From Malacoraja senta (taxonomy: Eukaryota), in contig CM075994.1 in the NCBI GenBank assembly GCA_038087875.1, positions 9,114,001-9,178,000 on the forward strand: a stretch of DNA of 64,000 nucleotides, written 5' to 3'. Below, piece by piece: positions 13,101-23,068 of the stretch (the first letter of the stretch is position 1; every line of letters begins with the position of its first letter). The notes under the pieces are model-generated. The model worked only from the letters and a program-made list of their open reading frames with translations. It searched no databases and was not told the DNA's origin. The position numbers and the translations under genes are program-made.

Positions 13101-13391
13101 ATGGATTGTTTTAGAATTCCCGGTGAACTGCTTGTCAGAACGCGGCCATAATAGTCGCCGCTCGTGTTGGAAACGGTACGAGATTCCACGTCTTTGTACC
13201 AACTAATGGCCCCAATTGTCATGCCAACAAATGCACAGTTGAGCCGCACAGTCCCGCCTTCAGTAACTGTGATCTGCGACGGTGATTGCATGATCGATTC
13301 ATCGGATCCAACAGCACCTGAAACCAGAAATCATCTTATAGTTTCGGCGCTGGCCTTTCGGCCCATCCAGTCAATGCCATCCATTACACAT

Positions 13392-13472
<81 letters not shown>

Positions 13473-13701
13473 CTCTCTCCCCTCACCCACCTCCACCTTT
13501 CNNNNNNNNNNNNNNNNNNNNNNNNNNNNNNNNNNNNNNNNNNNNNNNNNNNNNNNNNNNNNNNNNNNNNNNNNNNNNNNNNNNNNNNNNNNNNNNNNNN
13601 NNNNNNNNNNNNNNNNNNNNNNNNNNNNNNNNNNNNNNNTGCGTGTACGTGAACCTACCGGACAAAAACAGCAAGGACCAAGCGACCACACTCCACTGCA
13701 T
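7013..13701 (-). CDS. NCR3: NCR3/NKp30-like Ig-superfamily receptor with two V domains, 276 aa, join(13659-13701, 12994-13317, 8394-8699, 7013-7170)
   Basis: Exon lengths 43+324+306+158 = 831 nt, open to TAA. V domains show TIGAISWYKD, YYGRV, YYCRVTV and GHGTEVTV, paralleling human NKp30 AIGSVTWFRD, FRGRL, YVCRVEV and GNGTRLVV. Symbol means NCR3-like; orthology is not proven. Confidence 0.85.
8394..8699 (-). CDS. NCR3: Exon 3: membrane-proximal VJ-type Ig domain (V2)
   Basis: Acceptor ttctggtttcag, donor gtaagt. TVIQSPSNVNVTEGGTVRINC..W..DTGKYYC..NGTEITVT with canonical Cys-Trp-Cys. Confidence 0.95.
8925..11604 (-). mobile_element. Young CR1 LINE, 5'-truncated within the endonuclease, inserted in the V1-V2 intron
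   Basis: EN and RT ORFs (11189-11563, 10437-11270, 10007-10237, 9425-10000); flanked by CCT/CCT; absent at the paralogous site near 49740. Confidence 0.95.
12994..13317 (-). CDS. NCR3: Exon 2: membrane-distal VJ-type Ig domain (V1)
   Basis: Acceptor ttctggtttcag, donor gtaagt. AVGSDESIMQSPSQITVTEGGTVRLNC..W..EAGKYYC..NGHGTEVTVT. Confidence 0.95.
13396..13480. repeat. (TC)n microsatellite in intron 1
   Basis: Direct reading. Confidence 0.95.
13502..13639. other. Assembly gap (138 N) in intron 1
   Basis: Run of N. Confidence 1.
13659..13701 (-). CDS. NCR3: Exon 1: signal-peptide exon MQWSVVAWSLLFLS(G)
   Basis: AAG-ATG start with A at -3, hydrophobic 14 aa, phase-1 donor gtaggt; joins in frame to AVGS of V1. 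Confidence 0.8.
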
Positions 13702-14004
13702 CTTTGAACGGCTACCTTTAGGCGGAAACAAACACACAAAAAGAGGTCAGGCAGCATCTGCGGAAGACATGGGAAATCCGACTGAATTGAGGTCCAGACC
13801 CGAAACGTCGCCTGTCCATGTTGTCCAGAGATGCCTCCTGACCCGCTGATCTACTCAAGCACTTTTTGTTCTGATGTGCATCCACCAGCCTCTGCAGTTC
13901 CTTGTTCTCACCTCCAGATTCGCTGCCTGACCTGTTGAGTTACTCCAGCACTTTATGTTATTTTATACATCAACCAGCATCTGCAGTTCCTGGTTCTCAG
14001 CTCC

Positions 14005-14368
14005 ACAGTTCACAGATTCTGGTGTTTTGTACGTGGGAACTTATGTGTTTTGTGCGTCTGTCCCCGCGGCCCGGGTGAGGGTGAATGACCCGGTGTGGGT
14101 GTCAGAGTCCGGGGGTCGGAGGGGGGGGGGTGGGGGGGGGTGGGGTGGGCGACGGCTCGGGGCATAGTAATTCGCGTTTAAAACATGGCGGGGGGACACA
14201 CATTCCCTGGCGGGCCGATGACAAGCGTGCATGACAACGAACTATTTTATCTCCTCCCACTCCCCCCCCCCCTTTAACAACAGGAAGCACGTTTTATTTA
14301 TTACCGTCTGGTTGCTTGCGGAACGCACACACGCTCCTACGCACAAAACACCAGAATCTGTGAACTGT
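14005..14368. mobile_element. Unclassified MITE-like element with perfect 26-bp terminal inverted repeats
   Basis: ACAGTTCACAGATTCTGGTGTTTTGT at 14005-14030 and its exact reverse complement at 14343-14368; no clear TSD. Confidence 0.65.
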
Positions 14369-14686
14369 TTTAACCGAAGATGGACACAGAAAGCTGGAGT
14401 AACTTATCGGAACAGGCAGCAACTCTGTAGAGAAGGAATGGGTGACGTTTCGTGTCGAGACCCTTCTTCAGATCTGAAGACTAGATCTGAAGAGTCTTGA
14501 CCCGCAACGCCACCCATTACTTCTCTCCAGAGATGCTGCCTGTCCCACTGAGTCATTCCAGCATTTTGTGTCTATTTTTGGTGTCAGTCCCAGTTTTCTC
14601 AACTGCCGCTCTGGGGGAGAGAGAGAAGGGGGAGAGAGAGAGAGAAGGGAGAGAGAGAAGGGAGAGAGAGAGGGCGGGAGAGAGGG

Positions 14687-14830
14687 NNNNNNNNNNNNNN
14701 NNNNNNNNNNNNNNNNNNNNNNNNNNNNNNNNNNNNNNNNNNNNNNNNNNNNNNNNNNNNNNNNNNNNNNNNNNNNNNNNNNNNNNNNNNNNNNNNNNNN
14801 NNNNNNNNNNNNNNNNNNNNNNNNNNNNNN
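14687..14830. other. Assembly gap (144 N) inside a GA-rich low-complexity tract
   Basis: Run of N. Confidence 1.
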
Positions 14831-15172
14831 AGGGCGAGAAAGAGGGAAGAGGAGCAAGAGAAGGGAGAGAGAGGGGGAGAGAGAGAGGAGGGAGATAGAG
14901 AGGAGGGGGAGACGGGAGCGTGGGGATCATTTTCCCACACAAGCCATAGGTGACTGGGCAATCTGAACACAAGCAGATTGGAAGCGGCCGAAGGCTGTAA
15001 GCGGCCGAAGATGCGCATCGCTCGGGACAGCCCCCACTCTCCCACGGCTACCCTCAGCGGGCTGTGGGTCGGGTGAGTGGAGGTGTGGGACAATGTTCAT
15101 CCCTCTACAGTGATGTGATGGACGCGGGGGTCTGGACCAATCGCTGACAAGTCGCGCTTGTAGGCCACGCCG

Positions 15173-15383
15173 CCTTTCGGGTAGGTGGCGTTTCGGCAGA
15201 GCGGTCATTCGATGAGTTTGCTTTTAGGCGACGCAGCCTTTCGGGTAGTTGGCTTTTCGGCGTCCCGCCCTTTCGGCTAGTTTGCATTTAGGCGTCCCAC
15301 CCTTTCTGTTAGTTGGCGTTTCTGCTTTGTTTCCATTTGGTTATTTGGCTTTTCGACTTCGTTTCCATTCGGTTTTTGGCTTA
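15173..15383. repeat. Degenerate 32-bp minisatellite, about 6.5 units
   Basis: Units start at 15173, 15205, 15237, 15269, 15301, 15333, 15365, e.g. CCTTTCGGGTAGTTGGCTTTTCGGCGTCCCGC. Confidence 0.8.
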
Positions 15384-15869
15384 CACATTTTTGCTTCGGC
15401 TTCTCGTCGTCGGCGTCACGTCCGGGTACCATTGACACATATAAGATTATTCAGGGGTTGGACACGCCAGAGGCAGGAAACATGCTCCCGATGTTGGGGG
15501 AGACCAGAACCAGGGGCCACAGTTTAAGAATAAGGGATAAGCCATTTAGAACGGAGATGAGGAAAAACTTTTTCACACAGAGAGTTGTGAATCTGTGGTA
15601 TTCTCTGCCAGTTCTTTGGATGCTTTCAAGGGAGAGTTATATAGAGATATTAAAGATAGCAGGGTCAAGGGATATGAGGAGAAGGAAGGAACGGGGTACT
15701 GATTGTGGATGATCAGCCATGATCACATTGAATGGCGGTGCTGGCTCGAAGGGCCGAATGGCCTGCTCCTGCACCTATTGTCTATTGTCTATCGACTTTT
15801 GAGTCACTCCAGGTGTTTTTGTCTATCCGAGGTACAGTGAAAACCTTTTGTTACTGCTATCCAAATGTG

Positions 15870-16540
15870 CCGCTATTTCATCTTTTATGTTTGACTCCAG
15901 CATCTTCCCCACCACAGATGTCAGGCTAACTGGTCTATAATTCCCTGTTTTCTCTCTCCCGCCTTTCTTAAAAAGTGGGATAACATTAGCTACCCTCCAA
16001 TCCACAGGAATGGATCCTGAATCTATAAAACATTGGAAAATTATCACCTATGCATCAACGATTTCTAGAGCCAACTCCTGAAGTACCCTGGGATGCAGAC
16101 CATCAGGCCCTGGGGATTTATCAGCCTTCAGTCCCATCAGTCTACCCAACAACAATTCCTGCCTAATGTGGATTTCCTTCAGTTCCTCCGTCACCCCAGT
16201 TCCTCTGGCCACTACTACATCAGGAAGATTGTTTGTGTCCTCCTCAGTGAAGACGGATCCAAAGTACCTGTTCAATCCATCTGCCATTTCCCTGTTCCCC
16301 TTAATAAATTCACCCTTTTCAGTCTTCAAGGGACCAACTTTGGTCTTAAGTAATTGTTTTCCTCTTCACATACCTAAATAAGCTTTTACTATCCTCCTTT
16401 ATATTCTTGGCTAGCTTACCTTCGAAAAACTCATCTTTTCTCCCCGTATGGCCTTTTTAGTTATCTTCTGTTGCTCTTTAAATGTTACTCAATCCCCTGG
16501 CTTCCCGCTCATCTTTGCTACGTACTTCTTCTATTTTATT
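15870..16540 (-). mobile_element. Degenerate CR1 fragment (longer paralogue about 25640-27270)
   Basis: GNYRPVSLTSVVGKMLES and KADKSPGPDGLHPRVL on the minus strand. Confidence 0.85.
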
Positions 16541-16843
16541 TTTATAGTTCCTAGTTCACTTGGGACAAAATTACTTGCCAATTAGCCTTAAACCAGGATA
16601 CTGGAGCACACAAGTAACCCCAAGAAGTGCATTTGGAGATGTGCTAACTCTATTCAGACAACGCTCAGGGTCTGGATCAAACGTGGATAATCGTACCCCG
16701 TATCCCTAGTAACAGGGCCAATCATCACATCAACACAGGGGTACAGTGGACTTCAAGCAAGAGGAAGCAAGCTAAAGATATTCTGATCTTTCCTGATGAA
16801 ATTAAAAAAAACATTTTAAATTTCATCAAGATTGCTCACAGCT

Positions 16844-16857
16844 AGTTTCACTTCCTC
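16844..16857 (-). promoter_or_regulatory. Candidate ETS-IRF composite element, GAGGAAGTGAAACT (paralogue 27568-27581)
   Basis: Exact match to GGAAnnGAAA in non-repeat sequence about 3 kb 5' of the receptor ATG, retained in both duplicates; function untested. Confidence 0.45.
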
Positions 16858-18499
16858 ATAAGCAGGCGACTAAACTTCTTAAATTTTGTGATTACATTCT
16901 AAGAAAAGATGTGTATGATTAGTAACGACGTGTGGAAATTTATTTTGATAATACCGCATCTGCAGCCTGGTTAACGCCAAGTTGTTTAGTTCCTCTGGAT
17001 TTACCGCCCTTCTGCATTCACAGGGTTCACAAATGTGTCCACCTACTTGATATCTGGCGGAGTTGGGGGCTTACAGTGCATACTCTCCACTCTCCAACTA
17101 GAAGACACGATTGCGGGGGATTCAACATGGCGGATACGTCGGCAGGTGGGACTGGTGTAGATGGGACATGTTGGGCGGTGTGGGCAAGTTGGGCCGAAGG
17201 GCCTGATCCCATTCCGTATGCGTCCATAACTCTGTTAAAAGCAAAATGGGTAACCACGGCAAAGACACAAAAATCGAGGATAACTCAGCGGGACAGGCAG
17301 CATCTCTGGAGAAAAGGAATGGGTGACGTTTCGGGTCGAGTCCCTTCTTCAGACTGAAGGTCTGGGGAAAGGGATCGATGAGACGTGCAAAAAAAGTAAC
17401 GGTAATAAACGGAAACAGGCAATAGACAATGGACAACAGGTACAGGAGTAGGCCATTCGGCCCCTCGAACCAGCACCGCCATTCAATGTGATCATGGCAG
17501 AACATTCCCAATCAGTACCCCGTTCCTGCCATCTCCCCATATCCCCTGACTCCGCTATCTTTAAGAGTTTTTTTTCTCCGTACACAGCCTTTAATTCCCC
17601 TCGCTTCTCGATACACACACAAGAGAAGTTGAATATAAATAACGTGTAACAGTCTCTTCCCCTGCCTATCTCTCTCCCCCTCCCTCCTTCTCTCTCCCCC
17701 TATCTCCCCCCTTTCTCTCTCACAATCTCTCCCCCCTTCTCTCACCACCTCTCCCCCTCTCCTCCCTCTCCCTTCTCTCTCCCCTCTTTCATAGCCCCTT
17801 CACCCTTCTCTGCATCCACCTCTCCCCACCCCCCTTCCTCCTCTCCCTACCACCCCTTCCATCCACGAACCCCCTCCAGGGTAACTCATTCACCAACACT
17901 CAGTCTTCTACCGTATTAGACTGGCGGTCACGAAAGCGCAGCGGTATAGTTGCTGCCTTACAGCGCCTACAGCCGCCAGAGACCACGGGTGCTGTCTGTA
18001 CGGAGTTTACACGTTCTCCCCGTGACCCGAGTGGGTTTTCTCCGAGATATTCCGTTTCCTCCCACACTCCCAAACCGCGCAGGTTTGTAGTTCAATTGAC
18101 TTGGCACAAGTGTAAATTGTAGGATTGTGTTAATGTGTAGTGTTAATGTGCGGCGACCTCTGGTCGGTGCGTATTCGGTGAACCGAAGGGTCTGTTTTCG
18201 CACTGTATTTCTAAACTAAACTGGTTAGACCCACCAACATCCCACTGCATAAACACACAATATTCCCAACGCCATACCGAGGGCAACTCGATATTCCGGT
18301 ACTTACCGCCTCGCAATTGTCGCGCAATGGCAGCGTTGGATCTAAAGCAGCCCTTGGACTTCTTACAGGGAGCGAAGCACGGAGCTACAAAAATGAGAAG
18401 TCTTGTCAACATCCAGTCTTATCTGCATCCGGCAGAATTCTAGCTTCCGTAAACCATGTTGGGGACGCGGGCAAATTATGTGTGGTTGCCGTGACTTGG

Positions 18500-18715
18500 G
18501 TTTCTCCGGCTAAACCTCACCAGGAAGGCTGGCTCCGTCCTGGGGGCGGAGTTGGATTCATGGGAGGTGGCCTTGGAGGACAGGCAACAGACTGGTTCCA
18601 CCAAGATACAGCACAGAACGCCACAGGAGATCCTTCTTCCCTGTGGCTATCAAACTGTACAATTCCTCCCACTTCTGTCGTGGGGTAGACTGAGACTGAG
18701 ACTGAAAACAACCAA
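18500..18715 (+). mobile_element. Rex1/Babar-type LINE 3' fragment (paralogue about 29245-29455)
   Basis: NLTRKAGSVLGAELDSWEVALE...RLVPPRYSTERHRRSFFPVAIKLYNS, then (CTGAGA)n tail. Confidence 0.75.
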
Positions 18716-20159
18716 CCTAAACTGAACTAAACGAAACTAAACTAAACTAAACTTAAACTAAAAAGATTTAACAGGAACCTGAGGGGTAACTTTTTCAACG
18801 ACAGGGTGGTGGGTGTATGGAACAAGCTGCCAGATGAGGTAGTTGAGACAGGGACTATCGCAACGTTTACGATACAATTAGACAGGGACATGGATAGGAG
18901 GGGTGTGGAGTGATATGGGGCAAACGCACGCAGGTGGGACTAGTGTAGATGTATAGACACAAAATGCTGGAGTAACTCAGCGGGACAGGCAGCATCTCTG
19001 GCGAGAAGGAATGGGTGACGTTTCGGGTCGAGACCCTTCTTCCGAGTGATGTCAGGGGAGGGGGAGGGACAAAGAGAGAATGTAGGAGTGAGAGAGGATG
19101 TTGCTGAATTCTCGTCGGAGAGAGGAGGAAAACCTCTGCAAAGTAGACACACCTTGAGGAGGTTTACGCAGTGGAGTGGACAAAATGTGCAAGAAAGAAC
19201 TCCAGATGCTGGTTTAAATCGAAGGTAGACACAAAATGCTGGAGTCACTCAACGGGACAGGCAGCATATCGTGAGAGAAGGAATGGGCGACGTTTCAGGT
19301 CGAGACCCTTCTTCAGACTGATGTCAGGGGAGGGGGCGGGACAAAGATAGAATGTAGTGTATGGGATATATTGGTCGGTACGGACAAGTTGGGCCGAAGG
19401 GCCTGTTTCCACAGTGTATCACTCTAAGTCTTCGACTCTAACCCGTTTTCGGTTTCTCTAACTAAAATAGCAAAGCACTGGAACACTCTGGATCTGAACA
19501 GATGATGGGAATCGCTGCTTCACCTGGGACACGTGTCAATCCCTGGATAAGAAACTGTCTCCTTTGATGAGGACAGTACCAATGACGCCCTTTTGCAGAA
19601 ATGGGGACAGTTGATAAAATGCAGTAACCTGTGTTAGTGGGTCTTTAGACGTTAGTGGCTTTAGAGATACTGCGCGGAAACAGTCCCTTCGGCCCACAGA
19701 GTCCGCGCCGACCAACGATCATCCCATCCATTAGTTCTATCCTACAGGTAGATACAAAATGCTTGAGAAACTCAGCGGGTGAGGAGGCATCTCTGGTGAG
19801 AAGGAACGGGCGACGTCTCGACCCGAAACGTTGCCCATTCCTTCTCGCCAGAGATGCTGCCTCACCCCCTGAGTTACTCCAGCATTTTGTGTCTACCTTC
19901 GACTTTACCGGCATTTGCAGATCTTTCTTAATCATTTCTATCCTACACACTGGGGGCAGTTTTGCTATTTATACCGAAGCCAATTAACCTACAAACCTGT
20001 ACGTATTTGGAGTGTGGGAGCAAACCGGAGCACCAGGAGAAAATCCACGCGGTCTCAGGGATAACGTACAAACTCCGTAAAGACAGCAGCCGTAGTCAGG
20101 ATGGAACCCAGGTCACCTGGCGCTGTGAGGCAACAACTCTACCGTTGCGTCACTGTGCC

Positions 20160-20570
20160 GCGCTCGACGACTACTTTTCTATTAACCTTAACCTACCTGA
20201 CCTCCCGGTGGCTCAGCATTCCAACTCCTCCTCCCATTCCCAATCTGACCTTTCTGTCCATGGCCTCCTCGATTGTCAGAGTGAGGCCCAGTGTAAATTG
20301 GGGGAACAGCACCTCATATTTCACTTGGGTAATTTACACCCCAGTCGTATGAACATTGACTTCGCTAACTTCAGATAGCCCTTGGTTTCCCTCTCCATCC
20401 CCTCCCCCTTCCTAGTTCTTCCACTAGTCTTACTGTCTCCGCCTACATTCTATCTTTGTCCCGCCCCCTCCCCTGACATCAGTGTGAAGAAGGGTCTCGA
20501 CCAGAAACGTCGCCCATTCCTTCTCTCCAGAGATCCTGCCTGTCCCGCTGAGTTACTCTCGCATTCTGTG
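20160..20570 (+). mobile_element. Penelope-like element 3' fragment: GIY-YIG C-terminus plus terminal repeat (paralogue about 30830-31240)
   Basis: PDLPVAQH..SQSDLSVHGL..EQHLIFHLGNLHP..MNIDF, then CTGAAGAAGGG..GAAACGTC-type terminus. Confidence 0.85.
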
Positions 20571-23068
20571 TCTACTTATCTACTAACTTTTATGTTGGAC
20601 TTGAAATGTGTTGCAAAGCTACTTTCAGTTCAGTTCTGGGCCGGTTTCTTCCCATCTCTTATTAGGCAACTGAACCATCTTACCAGAACCATAGATCAGC
20701 GCTGAACTACTATCTACCTCATTGGTGTCCCGCGGACTATCATTGATCGGACTTTATTGGATCATACTTTGCACTAAACGTTATTCCCTTATCATGTATG
20801 TATACACTGTAAATGGCTCGATTGTAATCATGATTTGTTTTTCTGGTGAATGGTTAGCACGCAACAAAAGCTTTTCACTCTACCTCGGTACACGTGACAA
20901 TAAACTAAACTGATAACTGAAATCCTGCTGTTTGATCCGTGGTCATGCATTTCTTGGAACCCGTTAAGGAACGTGAGTGCAAAGCGTTGAAATTGCAAAA
21001 CCTTTGAACTGATATCAGTAGCAAAACCCGAAATGTTTCACAATGCAGGAAATGTCCACAAGTTAATTATTTCTGCTATTTCAGTGTTTGCACAACGGGA
21101 TTGAGACATGCCTCGACTGATGCTTGAGAACCACTTGAAACCTATTAGGGAAATTTATATGCAGGAAAAAAACCGGCCTTGTGGAAAAACAGTAGTGGAT
21201 AACGAAAAACAGGTTCCATGTAACCTCCCTGCAGCAATCAGCGATAATTGTTTCTTAAGAACTCAGGCTGTCGATTACGCTGCAAGTTGCCATTGAAATT
21301 TACAAGCAACCGCTTGAGCAATAATACTCGATTTAACAATGTAACATTAGTATATTAGCTTGCAGTACAGATATATATATATATTTTAGCTATGAAAAAA
21401 AATCATTACTTTGGAAAATAGTCTGGCGGTTAAGCGTTAAGTTCAGAAACACTCGAGCCCAAACCCTCGTATCCAATTGACATAATCGCGAGGTTGCTTC
21501 AAGAAGCAGATATCGAGTTATAGCAGAACCACCTGTATATATTGTAGAAACAAAGAACTGCAAATGCTCGTTTACAAGAAAAGACACAAAGTCTGAATTA
21601 ATGTTCTGACCTGAAACGTCACCTATTCAGAGATCCAACAATTGTTTTGTTCAGTTTAGTTGGGTTTAGAGAACAGCGCGGAAACAGGCCCTTCGGCCCA
21701 CCGAGTCCGCACCGACCAGCGAACCCCGCACATTAACACTACACTACACACACTAGGGGACATTTACAGATATATTGAGCCAATTCACCTACAAACCTGT
21801 ATGTCTTTGTAGTGTGGGATGAAACCGGAGATCTCGGAGCCATCCTACGCAGGTCCCGAGGAGAACGAACAAACTCCGTACAGACAGTACCCGTAGGAGG
21901 GATCGAACCTGCTTTTCTGCCGCTGAAAGTGCTGGGATGAAATCGAAGATCCATCCCACGCAAGTCACGGGGAGAACGTACAAACTCCGTACACACAGTA
22001 CCCGTAGTCGGGACCGAACCTGCCGCTGAAAGTGCTGTAAGGCAGGAAATCTACCGCTGCGCCACCGTGCCGCCCTAATGACCCTTTATTCTCACATGTA
22101 CCTTGATGCAGTGAAAAGCTTTGTTCTACATACAATCCGGTAATAATCATGTTTTCCAGAGCTGCTGCTGCTCGTTTGGGATGTTGTGATCTTTTACTTG
22201 TACATATTCCTTGGGTTTAATTTCAAACAATATTTCAGATTGTTTGTTAACACATTGCGGAGATTGGAAATGTTTTATCTGAGATCGGGTTGCAGTGAAC
22301 GCCAAGGAGAGGAGCTTTAGGATTCTACAAGACCAATATCTGAGGAAGGGTGAGCTGGCTCTTGAGAAGGTCCAGAGGAGGTTTACAAGAATGATCCCAG
22401 GAATGAATGGGTTAACATATGATGAGCGTTTGACGGCACTGGGCCTGTACCAGCAGGAGTTTAGAAGGATGAGAAGGACCCTCATTGAAACTTGCTGAAT
22501 AGTGAAAGGCCTGGATAGGGTGGATGTGGAGAGGATAATTCCATTAGCGGGAGAGTCTAGGACTCCAGGTCACAGCCTCAGAATGAAAGGACTTCTTTTT
22601 GAAAGGAGATGGGGAGGAATTTATTTAGTCAGGGGGCGGTGAATCTGTGGAATTCGTTGCCGCAGAAGGTTGTGGAGGCCAAGTCAGTATATATATGTAA
22701 GGAAACGTTATATAGATTATTGATTAGTGCAAGTGTTAGGGGAATGGGAAGAAGGCAGGAGAATGGGGTTAGGAGGGAGAGATAGATCAGCCATGATTGA
22801 ATGGCGGAGTAGACTTGATGGACCAAATGGCCCAATTCTGCTCCTCTCACGTATGACCTTATTATCACCTTATGAGACACATACGTGTATATACCGGTAG
22901 AATGGACATCCATGTAACAGAAGAGACTTATTAAAGTTTCGGATACAGCAGGACTTTTACTAACTTTCCAGCGCACATCATTCAGCGTTAAATTGGTGTC
23001 ATTATTTGAAGAACATGAACAAGATCCTATTAACAAAGTGTCCATTATTGGTCAATTATTACAACCTT

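Larger units (their letters stand above)
1421..21660. repeat. Tandem segmental-duplication unit 1, containing the intact receptor gene
   Basis: Colinear by-eye homology: 1.4-13.4 kb matches 32.4-51.3 kb; 3.5-4.85 kb matches 21.7-25.1 kb; 16.0-21.66 kb matches 26.8-32.4 kb. Confidence 0.85.

Noticed and set aside
13371-14972. ORFs with long RE/SL repeats in the ORF track
   Set aside because: Artefacts of (TC)n and GA-rich tracts read through N gaps.
15173-15383. Regular 32-bp repeats reminiscent of CRISPR
   Set aside because: Contiguous degenerate units with no unique spacers, no cas genes, vertebrate context.
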